A DNA stretch of 64,000 bases from Blastocladiella emersonii ATCC 22665 (taxonomy: Eukaryota > Fungi > Blastocladiomycota). Position 1 is the stretch's first letter. Each line of letters starts with the position of its first letter. Positions 44,687 to 55,568 of the stretch are shown piece by piece. A model generated the notes under the pieces. It ran no database searches. It was not told the DNA's origin and was given only the letters and a program-made list of their open reading frames with translations. The position numbers were made by a program, and so were the translations under genes. The stretch lies in the NCBI GenBank assembly GCA_025594325.1, contig JANHCV010000001.1, positions 4,154,001 through 4,218,000 of the forward strand, read 5' to 3'.

Positions 44687-45682
44687 TTAGAGAGTGGAAG
44701 CCACGACGCGGTTGCCGCGGGCATCGACCGTGTCGACCCACTGCTGGCCGTCAAACACGCGGCGCAGGTAGCCGCCGCGGGTCGGCGTGACGTGGTAGTT
44801 GGCCGAGTGCGCGCGCGACGCAAACTCCTCGTCGAGCTGGAGCGCCGTCACGTCCTGCGTCGTCGGCGCGTACTTGACGGGCTCGGCCGTGCCGAACGTG
44901 GCCGCGCGCACCGACCACTTGCGGCCCGTCGTCGGGTCGAACCCGAGCTTGCCCGACGCGCGCTTGTTGAGGTCGGCCGTGAACCCGGACACGAGCGGCT
45001 CGTGCACCAGCGCCGCCTTGTACGCCGACGCGGCCGACGCGCCCTTGACCTCGGCGTAGTACATGACGTTCCACGGCGCCGGGTACGGCTGGATCGTGGC
45101 GATCTCGGTCGGCGGCAGCGGGCCGACGGCGACGCGCACCGCCGCGGGCACCTTGACCGCGTCCTCGAAGGCGACGAGCTGGCCGTTGCCGCCGGCCTTG
45201 TGCGCGACCACGTCGTAGCCCTCGCTGCACTCGCGCAGCTCCCACTTGGGCATCTGCATGGTCGTCATGTCGCCGTTGCCCGGGTTGGCGGGCGCGCGCG
45301 CCACGTCCTCGAAGGTGCACTGGCGCACCGTGAGCAGCGCGACCGCGTCCTTGCCGGTGCCCTTGGTCGTCATGGCCGTGATGGCGGGCTCGGACTTGTG
45401 GTACGGCTTGTCCTTGGCGGGGTCGGTGGTCGGGCCGCGGCGCGCGATCACCATGTCCTTGGAGCGCATGAAGGCCGAGGCCGAGGCGGAGAAGGCGTCG
45501 TAGTCGGGGCAGCAGCGGCCGGTGACGGTGCACGACGCGAGGCAGTGGCACGTCATGGTTGACTTGAAGCCGGGCGTGAAGGTCTTGGCGCAGGTGACGC
45601 CGGTCGAGGCCGAGGGGGCGGGGGCGGCCGAAGCCGTGACGGCGAGGAGGGCCATGGAGGCGAGGATGGCGATGATCTGCAT
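44687..45682 (-). CDS. Secreted somatomedin-B-like protein, copy 2
   Basis: Translation identical to 40707-41702. Confidence 0.8.
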   Translation of the reverse strand: MQIIAILASMALLAVTASAAPAPSASTGVTCAKTFTPGFKSTMTCHCLASCTVTGRCCPDYDAFSASASAFMRSKDMVIARRGPTTDPAKDKPYHKSEPAITAMTTKGTGKDAVALLTVRQCTFEDVARAPANPGNGDMTTMQMPKWELRECSEGYDVVAHKAGGNGQLVAFEDAVKVPAAVRVAVGPLPPTEIATIQPYPAPWNVMYYAEVKGASAASAYKAALVHEPLVSGFTADLNKRASGKLGFDPTTGRKWSVRAATFGTAEPVKYAPTTQDVTALQLDEEFASRAHSANYHVTPTRGGYLRRVFDGQQWVDTVDARGNRVVASTL

Positions 45683-46677
45683 CTTGGCCGGTTGGTGATA
45701 GCGTTGAGAGAAGGGTTGGGTTGACTGTTTGGTGAGGATCGAGAGCCGGGGGCGCGGGGGAGGCGCGGTATTTGTACCCTCGGGCGGGCGGTCGGCGGGC
45801 GAGACGAGCGTGAGGTCGCCAGCCAGGGTGAGCGAGGCGGATCACCGAAACGACCCAGCGTTCGCTCGCCCGCCCGCCGCTCCATGCAGCACAGTCGCTA
45901 CGTCTCATTTGCTGCTCATTACAGCTCATTTCGGCGCAGGTCGGAACCGTATCCGCGCGAAGCAGCGAGAAGAGCCGACACGTTTCCTCTTTGAGCGCAA
46001 GGTGCCGCTGAGGTTACCGCCGTTGCTGCTGCTGAGCCACCCCACCCACGACGCCGTACGGGTTCGTTGCTCCGGGTATCGCCGACTGGGCCCACGCGTG
46101 CGTGCCAAGTCGGGAAAGCCAATCAACCGCCGCGAAATGAGCGCCCATGCACGGCCTGCCCGAACGCTGCACCAGTCGCTGGAAACGCAGCGGGTGGAGC
46201 GGAATGGGGCGATGCCGCACCCGTCGCGTTGCTCACATCGCCCGGTAGCTGGCTGGCTAAGCTCGGGCCAAGGTTGGTCAGGCTGACGGCGTATGCATGG
46301 CCCGGTGACCAGGCGCATTGTGGCGCCGCTACGACTTGATGGGGTCTGAATTCAACCGACGCCCGCCGGTGAGCGTGCGCGTGCGCGTTCGCGATGTGCG
46401 GAAGGCAGCGTGGGTCAGCCATTCCCGCGTCGTGATTGGCGCAGTGTTCGTTCAGGACGTGTTTGGCCACGGCGGTGGAATCGGCGATGAGATGAGCTTC
46501 CTTTCAAGGCCATCGGGCCCAACGGTTGAAGGCTCGTCGACGCGCTGCGCCACCCACCTGATCTAAGCCGCACGCTTGAAGCTCGTGAGCATGGCCAGTA
46601 CCGCAAAATCCGCTCAAACTCGTCGCACACGAGTAGCGACACCCATTGATTCAAGACTATTAATCCTCCAAGTCTGT

Positions 46678-48216
46678 TCACATCAACAAGGTCTTACCGG
46701 AGGCGCGGAACGCACGCTGCACGGCTTGGGCCTCGTCCGGCTCCACGAACGCGCAGGCGCGCGCCTTGACCCACAGCACGGCCGGCGAGTTGCAGCACTC
46801 GCTCAGCACCGAGGCGCCAACGGCTGTAAGTGACAGATCGAGGTGGACCACCGAGACAGGGGCGATGAGCGTCGTTCCTTCGATACGGACGCATCCTGTG
46901 AGCCGCAGGCGCTGCCAGAGCCTCGGCGCCACGGTAGCAGGGGCACGGAGCAGCGCTGCCACGCCCGCGTCGCTGATGTGGTCGCAGTACGCAAGGTCAA
47001 GCTCGGCAAGATTGGGGCAGAGGTGCGCCGCGAGTGCGTGGAGCGTCGTATCCGTCACGCCGACCGTGTTGGCGAGCGAAAGTGAGCGAAGGTGGAACAT
47101 CCATGGGTACCGCTCGAGCGAGTTCAGAAGCGCGGACGGCAGTGTTGGTTGCACTGGCGGCACGACATCGCAGTCCTGATCGTTGCGCGGCGGTGACGGG
47201 GGTGGCGGGAATGCTGCGACGGTTGAAGGGGCGGCGGCGGCGGGTAGCCGGAACTGCTGGGCCGGGAAAAAGTGGCGAGTGCCCGCGAGATGGAGATGTC
47301 GCAAGTCGAGCGAAGACGAGGTCGGTGCTGCTGACGGGGAGCTCGGCGCCATGCCGTGCGTCAGCGCATCGAGGTGCGTCACGCGGGCCTCGCTCAGGTC
47401 CAGCTCGCGCACCCACGGGACCGTACAGATTTGAGGAGCGGGCTCGGTTGATGTGCCCACGTTGCAGCGGAGCTGTTGGGTGTGCTGCTGCGCATCGACG
47501 GCGCGCTCCTGCTCCGTCGTCGCACGTGGACGCGTCAGAGGTTCGAGCGTGACCCGGCTCCACGCGGGGTGCTCTTCGACGACGGACCGAAAGTCGGTCT
47601 GCACGAGGAGGCGTAGGCGGTCGTCGTCGAGCAGGCCAGCGAGCGGGCCAAGGTCAACGCGAAGCCGCCCACGCACGACGGCCGTGTCCGCGAGCACCGC
47701 CGTTCGCACGCGGCGGCACGCTGCTGCAAGCGCCATGAGTGAGCGCCGGTCGAGATACCTGAGCGCGATGTTTGCGACGAGCTCGTCGGGCAGCCTGCCG
47801 AATGACACTGCGAGCCTGTTCGAATCACGGTCCCGATATGGCTCAGTTACGGCGCAGAATGTTGGCGTGCGAGCTCCCGATGCAAGCGAGCTCAAAGAGT
47901 GCCCGCCGCTCGCCAAGGAGCACATATGACAGTCGCGCATCTCCTTCGATTCGCGCAGCGCGCTCGACCACTCGCGTGTCGGTGATGATGGAACGGACGG
48001 CGGGGTGGGTGGGACCCAAGGCTCGCCGCCGCTCGCGATATGCCCGGGATGATGCTGGTGCGCCCAGCCAACCCACGAGGTGGACCACGAGTGCGTGGTG
48101 TCGTTGTGCACCTGCTTCATGGTGTTTACATGACGTTTTTTGTTGCCGTGAGAGGAGCAAGTGCACGAGCGAGCACGCGAGGTTGGGTGGGTCCAGTCGG
48201 TCGCTCGTTGGTGCAA
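46678..48216 (-). CDS. F-box/LRR protein, copy 2
   Basis: Translation identical to 38173-39711. Confidence 0.8.
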   Translation of the reverse strand: MHQRATDWTHPTSRARSCTCSSHGNKKRHVNTMKQVHNDTTHSWSTSWVGWAHQHHPGHIASGGEPWVPPTPPSVPSSPTREWSSALRESKEMRDCHMCSLASGGHSLSSLASGARTPTFCAVTEPYRDRDSNRLAVSFGRLPDELVANIALRYLDRRSLMALAAACRRVRTAVLADTAVVRGRLRVDLGPLAGLLDDDRLRLLVQTDFRSVVEEHPAWSRVTLEPLTRPRATTEQERAVDAQQHTQQLRCNVGTSTEPAPQICTVPWVRELDLSEARVTHLDALTHGMAPSSPSAAPTSSSLDLRHLHLAGTRHFFPAQQFRLPAAAAPSTVAAFPPPPSPPRNDQDCDVVPPVQPTLPSALLNSLERYPWMFHLRSLSLANTVGVTDTTLHALAAHLCPNLAELDLAYCDHISDAGVAALLRAPATVAPRLWQRLRLTGCVRIEGTTLIAPVSVVHLDLSLTAVGASVLSECCNSPAVLWVKARACAFVEPDEAQAVQRAFRASGKTLLM

Positions 48217-49339
48217 GCCCTCGCCACTCCCGATGATGAAAATGACGACCTCGGGGTGCTGCGGTGTGGGTGTGTGGGTGGCGCAGCAGCAGCCGAGCCA
48301 TGTGATCCCATCGCGATCACTGCGATCACGATTGCTATCACGGAGTCACACACGCGCGCGACGCGACGCGACACGGCGCGACCCAGCTTCACCTCCGGGA
48401 GCGTTGCATCACTCTTGCGAAGCGCTTGAATAATTTCACGCGAACAGGGCGCTGCTGCTGGGCCGGGCGGCGGGACGCCAAGACGAGGGTGCCCGAGTGC
48501 AACAGCAACCAACGGGCAAGAACACGTTTCTTTGCCCCCCGCTTCAAGATGGCCGAGCGCCGCGAAGAACAGCTTGCAACAGTTGGAAAAGCCCGCAGCA
48601 TGGAATGACCCGGCTGGCCGAGCACCGAGCTCACGGACTGATCAACGCCGCCATGCCGGTCGGCCTCTGGGTCCCGTTTCTCCGGACAGACGACGTCACT
48701 CGGCGTCGGCGTCGGCGCCCGTGCCGGGTCGCCGCGGAAGAACTAGGAACACGTTGCAGGGTCGTCCAATTTGGATCTACGGTTTGCAGCGCACCCGATG
48801 GATGATCGCGGCCCCGCTCTACCACGCGTGAAACACCGCAGCCACCTCCGTCGACGCCGACAGCGACGCGCCAAGAGTGAAACGATGCAACAGCTCGACG
48901 CGTTGCTTGCGCTTGTGGCCCGACTGCGCTTGCCTCGGCCGTCTCAGCTTCTTTGTGCTGCGATATTAATCGCTGCCCGTACACACGGCGAGTGAACGGG
49001 AAAGAAAATCCTGCCGCTTGCCCATGCCCGACCGTTCCCAGCGAGGTGGATACGGGCGGGCCCGAGCCGAGCCACCATCCATCGCCCGCTTGCTTGGCCC
49101 GCGCTGGCCATGCTGCTGGCCCAGCTCTTCGGCCACGTCGCCGCTGCGTCAAGGCTCAGCGAGCGGGCGGCCGCGTATAAGAAGCTTGCCCTCCCCGCCC
49201 CGTCTCCACGAACGAGTCCTCATCCGCCGTCGTCTTCTACTTGCGCATTTCCTCGAGTGATCCTGCTCCCGAGCTCCCTCCTCCACCCCCTTTGCCACCC
49301 ACCCCCATAGACTCCCTTCTATACAATAGACGATCGACC

Positions 49340-51259
49340 ATGGCTCGCGCCGCGCCCCTCCTCCTGCTCCTCCTTGCGCTTGCGCACCTCGCCAACGCCC
49401 AGCGTGCGTCGACCTCGACCCGCGCGACGGCCGCCCCCGCCCCGACCGCGGTCCCCGCCGCCGCGTGCCCGAACGGTATCCGCACCCGCCGCGCCTTCTC
49501 GTCGCTCTCGGCCACCGAGAAGAAGGCCTTTTCCGATGCCATCATGAGGTACTTTTCTTTTCTTTTCTCTACTGATGTGTTTCTTGGGGCCGAGCAGCGA
49601 CTACCCGCGCGATCACCTTTCCGATCACGGCCGCGACTCCCTCTTTCGACTCGAGATCCATCGTCACTCACCCTCGCACCACCACCACCACGTCCTCGTC
49701 AATAATAGCATGAAGCGCTCGGGCCAGCTCGACCAGTTCACGCGCAAGCACCGCACCGGGATGCGCTACCACATGACGACGCAGTTCCTGCCGATGCACC
49801 GCGCCCTGCTCGTCGAGTTCGAGGACGCGCTCATCAAGGCGTCCAACAACGTGCTGACCGGCCTCCCGTACTGGAACGAGCTCGCCGACTCGCGCGCGCC
49901 GACCCGCTCGAGCATTTTCACCACCTCGGGCCTCGGCGAGATGAAGGCCGGCCCACTCTCGGCGCCCTTCGCCGGCCTGACCGACGACACGGGCCGCATC
50001 GTCACCCGCAACCCGTGGGTCGCGCCCAACAACGGCGCCTTCGAGTGGCTCCCGCAGTCGCAGGTCATGGCCGAGGCCATGCGCCGCTTCCGCACCTTTG
50101 GCGAGATGTCCAACACCATCGAGAACTCGCCCCACAACTCGTGGCACGGCATCGTCGGCGGCCACATGGGCGACCCCAACATCTCGCCCGCCGACCCGAC
50201 TTTCTGGGCCCACCATTGCTATATCGACCTCCTTTGGGCCACGGTACGATATCTGTGTTGTTTCTGGGGGTCGAGGGGGTCGAGGGAGTGGTCGAGGGAG
50301 CTGGCCGTGGTCCCACTTCACCGCTTTTCACATCCCCGCCCGCCCCTCACCACCCGCATTCCTCGCATCTCAAACCAGTGACTGACCAAACGATTCCATC
50401 GCGCGCATTCGTAACATAGTGGCAGGGACTGAGCCCCGCCAACTTTGTCAACCTCGACACGGCCGCGGGCGAGCTCAAGGTCGAGGCGTCGGCCGGCACC
50501 GTCCTGTACGAGTCGCGCTACACCAACCGCGACATGCTCTACTACCGCTCGCGCCTGTGCTACACGTACGACTCGGTCCCCAACAACGTCGGCCCCGGCG
50601 AGCGTGCCCAGCGCGCGCTCCGTGCGCTGCGCGAGGGCGAGGCCGCCAGTAACTCGACTTCCACCGCCACGGCCTCGGCCTCGGCCACGGTTACCAAGAC
50701 GGCGACGGCGACCTCGGCCGTGTTCCCGACCCCGCTCAGCGTCAACGCCACGGCTCCCTTCAACGGCACCGCCCCCGCTGCTGCCCCCGCCAACCAGACC
50801 AACGTCACGGCTCTCGCCGCCGCCAACTCGACGACCACGACCACGATCACGGCGCAGGACTACCAGCTCGCCGCCGTCGCGCCCATGCCCGAGGTCCTCA
50901 TCACCAAGCTCATGCCCATGATCCCGCGCGAGGTCGCCATTGCCAAGATGCGCGCCGCCGAGGCCGCGCTCAACGCCGTCCGCGACGACCTGAACCGCGA
51001 GATTGCCGTCAAGGCCAACGACAACCCGGCCTACGTCGCGACGCTGCCCACGATCCAGGACCTGACCGCCGAGTCGGCCGCGTTCGTCGCCGCCGCCGTC
51101 AAGGACGACTACTCCGAGTCGGCCATCCCCGCCGTCCAGGCCCTCTCGACCAGTGCTGGTGCCCCGTCGTCGTCCAAGGTCAGCTCTGCGGCTGGTGTTG
51201 CTGCAGGCTCGGCCGTTGCCGTCGCGGCCGCGGCCATCGTCGTCGCCCTCCTTGCCTAA
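49340..51259 (+). CDS. Secreted tyrosinase-like protein with GPI-like tail, copy 2; exons 49340-49548, 49709-50243, 50420-51259
   Basis: Mirror of 35130-37049. Introns GTACTT...AATAG and GTACGA...CTGAC...CATAG restore one frame through CuA, CuB and LCYTYD. Confidence 0.85.
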
Positions 51260-51552
51260 GTTTCTTTTGTTTCGGTTGTGTGTGTTTCTCGGGTGTGATC
51301 TCCTAGTTGTATTCTTCAATAGTAGTTGTCGTGTGTGTATGCTTATATTTTCTCGTGGCTGAGTGGTTCGTGGTCGTAGTGGTTGGTGGTCGCGTTCTCG
51401 TTTTCCGCCCGTCCCTGCGCAATCTCGTTTTGCGTCCTTGCTTGTCCAAGTTGTGTGGTCAGGCATGGTTACTGGCAAGCAGAAAGGTACCATCGATCTA
51501 ACGATGGCCGTGGCCGCGGCCACGGTGAACCTGCTCAGCGAGGCTGTTGTGC

Positions 51553-52016
51553 GAGTGCGTCCTGATATTCGTTGCGTCGTTCTAGTTGCGTCTTCCGCTT
51601 GCTTGCTTGGCAATGAACGGACTCGATGTCCATGATCACGTCGAGTGAGTGATCGCTCTGGCCGTGGCCATTGGCGCGGTCGCGAGGCGTAGCCTTAACG
51701 TTTTTCGCATTCCAGCTTGAAGTCCTCGGCTGACTGCTTTTGCCCTGCTCTGTTGCTGGACAGGAAGCGCTTTGAGCCTGACAGCCCATGTCCACGGTCC
51801 TTACTGAGCAGGGAGCGTTACACAACATGGCCCTTCGCGGCCGCCCTATCAACTGCTGCTCGCTCAAGATCCGGTCGTGGATCGTCTCGATGGCCATGGT
51901 CGTGGTCGCTACACGAAAGCTCGAGCGGTGAGTCAGGGAACAACGTGTTCCTGACCAAAGACTTGCTTCTGTCCTACTAGGCAAGGTTTCAATCCACGTC
52001 CAAGGTCGAGAACCAC
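51553..52016. repeat. Diverged outer extension of the inverted repeat (right)
   Basis: Its reverse complement aligns in blocks to 34450-34836, with about 100 bp extra sequence on this side. Limits approximate. Confidence 0.7.
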
Positions 52017-52177
52017 GGACGATGACAAGTACTCGAGAGCATCGACGCGAAAACAGCACCGCGAGACGTGACAAGTCGAGATGGCGGATCAACAAAAGGG
52101 GATGTGTATGTACACTCAGAGAGATCGAGATAGGGTAGGGATAGGTAGCACGCAAGGGACAGAAGTAGGCAAACGAC

Positions 52178-52768
52178 CTAGAACTCCTGCGAGTCGCTCT
52201 CGTCCTTGGCGGCGGCTATGGGGAACGAGCGCGAGTTCAAGTGTCAGCGTCGTCTTCACGAGTACCTCCGAGCAAGGAGAAGTGCGCGTACCCTTTTTCT
52301 TGGTGGCGGCGGGCGCGCCCGAGCCGGTCAGGAGGGTGGGCTGAATGTTGGGCAGAACACCACCCTGCGCGATCGTAACCGAGTGCAGCAGCTTGGACAG
52401 CTCCTCGTCGTTGCGGATCGCAAGCTGCAGGTGGCGGGGGATGATGCGGGCCTTCTTCTGGTCGCGCGCGGCGTTGCCCGCGAGCTCGAGAATCTCGGCC
52501 GTCAGGTACTCGAGGACCGCGGCCAGGTACACGGGCGCGCCGGCACCCGTGCGCGCAGAGTAGTTGCCCTTGCGCAGCATGCGGTGCAGGCGGCCGACGG
52601 GGAACTGCAGACCGGCCTTGGACGAGCTGGAGGATGCGAGTAGTCAAGGGGTCAGCAAGGTTCCACTCGATCCGAGCGACCCAGACAAGCGCCGACGTAC
52701 CGCGAGCTCGACTTCTTCTCGGACGACGCCGCGTCAGCCTTACCGCCCTTGCCGCCCTTGCCAGCCAT
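52178..52768 (-). CDS. HTA: Histone H2A with C-terminal SQEF motif (H2A.X-type); two introns
   Basis: [72 protein letters not shown]. The second intron (GTACGC...CTGAC...CATAG) gives the terminal exon [12 protein letters not shown]. Confidence 0.93.
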
Positions 52769-53211
52769 GTTTGTAGAGTGTGGTGGTGCGTGTGGAGGAT
52801 GAACTTGAAGATGCGCTCACGGTGGAGTGCGGCTCGACGTGGTCGAAGATGATGATAATCCAACGAGATGAGTTGGGTCTGGGAGAGAGAGCGTCGGCAT
52901 GGCGGGGCACTGGGGGTTACATGGTGTGCGGGCGGGGGGCAGGCGAGCGAGCGAGAAGGGGCCGCCGCCGCTGCCTTCGCGCGCCCCACGTTGCCGCGCG
53001 ACCGACCGGCTCCTGGAGCATCAGCTGATGCCAGCCCGTCTGCGATTGCGATGACAGCTGCCAGCTGCCGCCACGTGGGTGAGGTCATCGAGTCACCACC
53101 TCCATCCTCGCGACTCAGCCACAACGAGCGCTCAGACACACGCAACCACGAACTACGCTAAGTAAATGTATTGCTAGGAGGGAGAGGACGCAAACAACCC
53201 GCGGCACGCGC

Positions 53212-55443
53212 TTACAGCGTCACGACCGTGGGTGCGGTCGGATCGGCCGAGGGCACGTCGAGCGCGGCGGCGGCGCGGTTCGGGTCCTCGTAGGCGTTGG
53301 CCTTGTGCTTGGGCAGGAAGTGGAAGCCCTCGGGGACGGGGCCGAGCAGCATCTCGGACAGCTTGATCATGTCGCCGACGTAGGGCGACGCGAGCATCGT
53401 CTCCATGTCGTCGCGCCCGACAAACTGCGGCGGGCGGTCGTTGAGCCGCTGCGGGAGCACCTCGAGCAGGCCGACGGGGATGTACCGGTGCGTGAAGCTG
53501 AGCATCTCGAGCAGGAACCGCCGCGTGGTGTTGACGCCCTGCGTGTCCGAGCCCCAATGCTCGAGCCCGAACCGCGTGAAGTCGCGCATCATGTCGAACC
53601 GCTCGCGCGCCGAAATGTCCCACACGCGGCGCTCCTTGATCTCGGTGAACAGCCACGGCTTGACGAGCGCGCCGCGCGCGACCATGATCCCGTCGACGCC
53701 GTACTTGTCGATCTTCTCGTAGTACTCGTCCGGGCACATCATGTCCCCGTTGCCGAACAGCGGCATGTTGCCCTTGAGCTGCGCGCACTCGCGGATGTAG
53801 TCCCAGTCGGCGAGCGACTTGTACCGCTGCGCGCGCGACCGCCCGTGCAGCGTCGTGAGCTGGATCCCCCAGTCACGGAACTGGGGCACGTACTTGTGCG
53901 CGAGGCGCTTGGTCCGCTCCACGCCCGTGCGGATCTTGGCCGTGACAGGGCAGTCGAGCACCTGGTCCATGCCGCGCAGGATGTCGCGCACGCGGCTCGG
54001 CCGGTCCATGAGCGCCGACCCGCACCCGTTGCCGTACACGGAGTCGATCGGGCACCCGAGGTTGAGGTCCACGAAATCGACGGTGCAGTACTCGTTGATG
54101 AGCTCGCACGCCTCGAGCACCTGCGCCACCTTGCCGCCGGCCACCTGTACGCCGAAAAAGTCCTCGGACGGGTGGCGCTTGAGCAGCGCCCACTCGGAGA
54201 AGGAGCCCTCGGTAATCGAGTGCGAGTGCGCCATCTCGCCAATGGTGATGTCAACGCCGTAGCCCTTGCAGATGCGGCGGAACGGCAGGTTGCCGACCGT
54301 GGTCAGCGGCGCGAGGTACGTCTTGCCGCGGAAGTCGAGCGTCTTCTTCTCGCGCGGGTGGATCTTGACCGCCGCGATGGCGCTCTCGGCCTGGTCGAGC
54401 TCGGCCGATAGGCGGTCGAGGAGCGACTGCTTCTCCTCGGGTGCCATGGCGGGGGCGGCGGGGGTCGGAGCCGGGGCAGCGTCCTCGGCCGCAGTCTCGG
54501 CGGTAGCAGACTCGGGCTCAGCAGCGGCAGCGGGCGCAGCGGGCTTCTCGAGGGCCTGGATTTGCTTGCGGACCTTACTCGCGGCGTCGTAGGCCTTGTA
54601 CTCCTTGCTGAGGGCAGCGACAAACGCCTGGGTCTTGGGGAACGAGTGCTGCTTCTTGCGGAGCTTGAGGTGCAGGTCGCGGTTGAGGAAGTTGATGTTG
54701 GTCTGCGGGGCAGCGGCCATCTTCTCGGCGTCGGTCAGCTGGGTGACGCCGTCCTCGGCCGTGTGGCTCCCGGCGAAGCGGCAGCGCAGGCCGAGCGTGC
54801 AGCGGCCGAAGGTCTCGAACGACGGGCACACGCCCTCGAGGTCCGGCTCGCGCGACGCGTTGAAGACGGCGGCGTCGTGCTCGAAGCGGCAGCTACACGG
54901 CGAGCAGTGGCTTACGGTTAGTAGTGGCCGCACTCTAGAATGGGTTCGGAGTTGATGCGTACTTGGGGCGGGTGCATTCCTCGCCGACGGCGACGAACGA
55001 GCAGATCTGGACCGTCTCGCGGATGTGCTCGCGCGGGCGCTCCTTGGCCTTGTTCTGGCCGCGGAACTTCTTCTTCTGCTCCTTCTTGGACAGCTACACA
55101 GCCAGCGTGACGGTTAGCCGAGGTCCGCGCAAGTTGAAGGCAAGAGAGCGACGTACTCGAGGCTGCTTCTCGGCGCGCTCGACGGGAGCGGCCTCGTCGT
55201 TGCCCTCGACGGCAGACGCATCGCGCTTGGCCGGGGCACTCGACGGTTCCTCGGGCGCCGGGGCGGCCGCAGGTTCCTGCACGGGGGCGGGGCGGTACAC
55301 GACAAACCTACGGAGGAGAAGGGTAGGGTCGCTCGTCAGGGCTCCGCTCCACTGCAGATTCCATGATGGCGGGTGCCGTACTCGGCCTTGACGGGCGCGA
55401 CGCCAGGGATGCGCTCAAACGTGGATTGCTTCGAGTCTGTCAT
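53212..55443 (-). CDS. DUS3: tRNA-dihydrouridine(47) synthase Dus3; three 5' introns
   Basis: PGVAPVKAEF, CCCH fingers (C.RF.HD; CPSFETFGRCTLGLRCRF), YLAPLTTVGNLPFRR, DLNLGCPID, TLHGRSRAQRY..LADWDYI, MVARGALVKPWLFTEIKE, GLEHWGSDTQGVNTTRRFL. Confidence 0.93.
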
Positions 55444-55568
55444 GGCTTCCATATGGCAGGGATTTCATCAGCTGCAAGAGCGGGGGGGAGGGGATGAAGG
55501 CCGAGTCGGCTCGACGCCAGCCCGCCGACCCTGACAGCTCTCGCTCATGTATCTCTGACGCCGGCAAC

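Larger units (their letters stand above)
44064..51552 (-). repeat. Right arm of the 7,489-bp inverted repeat
   Basis: Reverse complement of 34837-42325. Starts CTGTTCGACTGATCG at 44064 and ends AGGCTGTTGTGC at 51552. Confidence 0.95.

Noticed and set aside
50265-50305. GGTCGAGGG x3 G-rich repeat in tyrosinase intron 2 (possible G-quadruplex or intron stem)
   Set aside because: Short, imperfect and in a GC-rich background; no independent support for function.
34837-51552. Interpretation as a giant TIR/foldback transposon or Starship-like element
   Set aside because: No transposase, tyrosine recombinase or integrase is visible, I found no target-site duplication, and the ends fade into diverged homology rather than ending sharply.
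52116-52580. 154-aa H2A ORF with a long novel C-terminal tail as given in the ORF track
   Set aside because: The tail is read-through into an intron with canonical splice signals; the spliced form gives a normal SQEF end.
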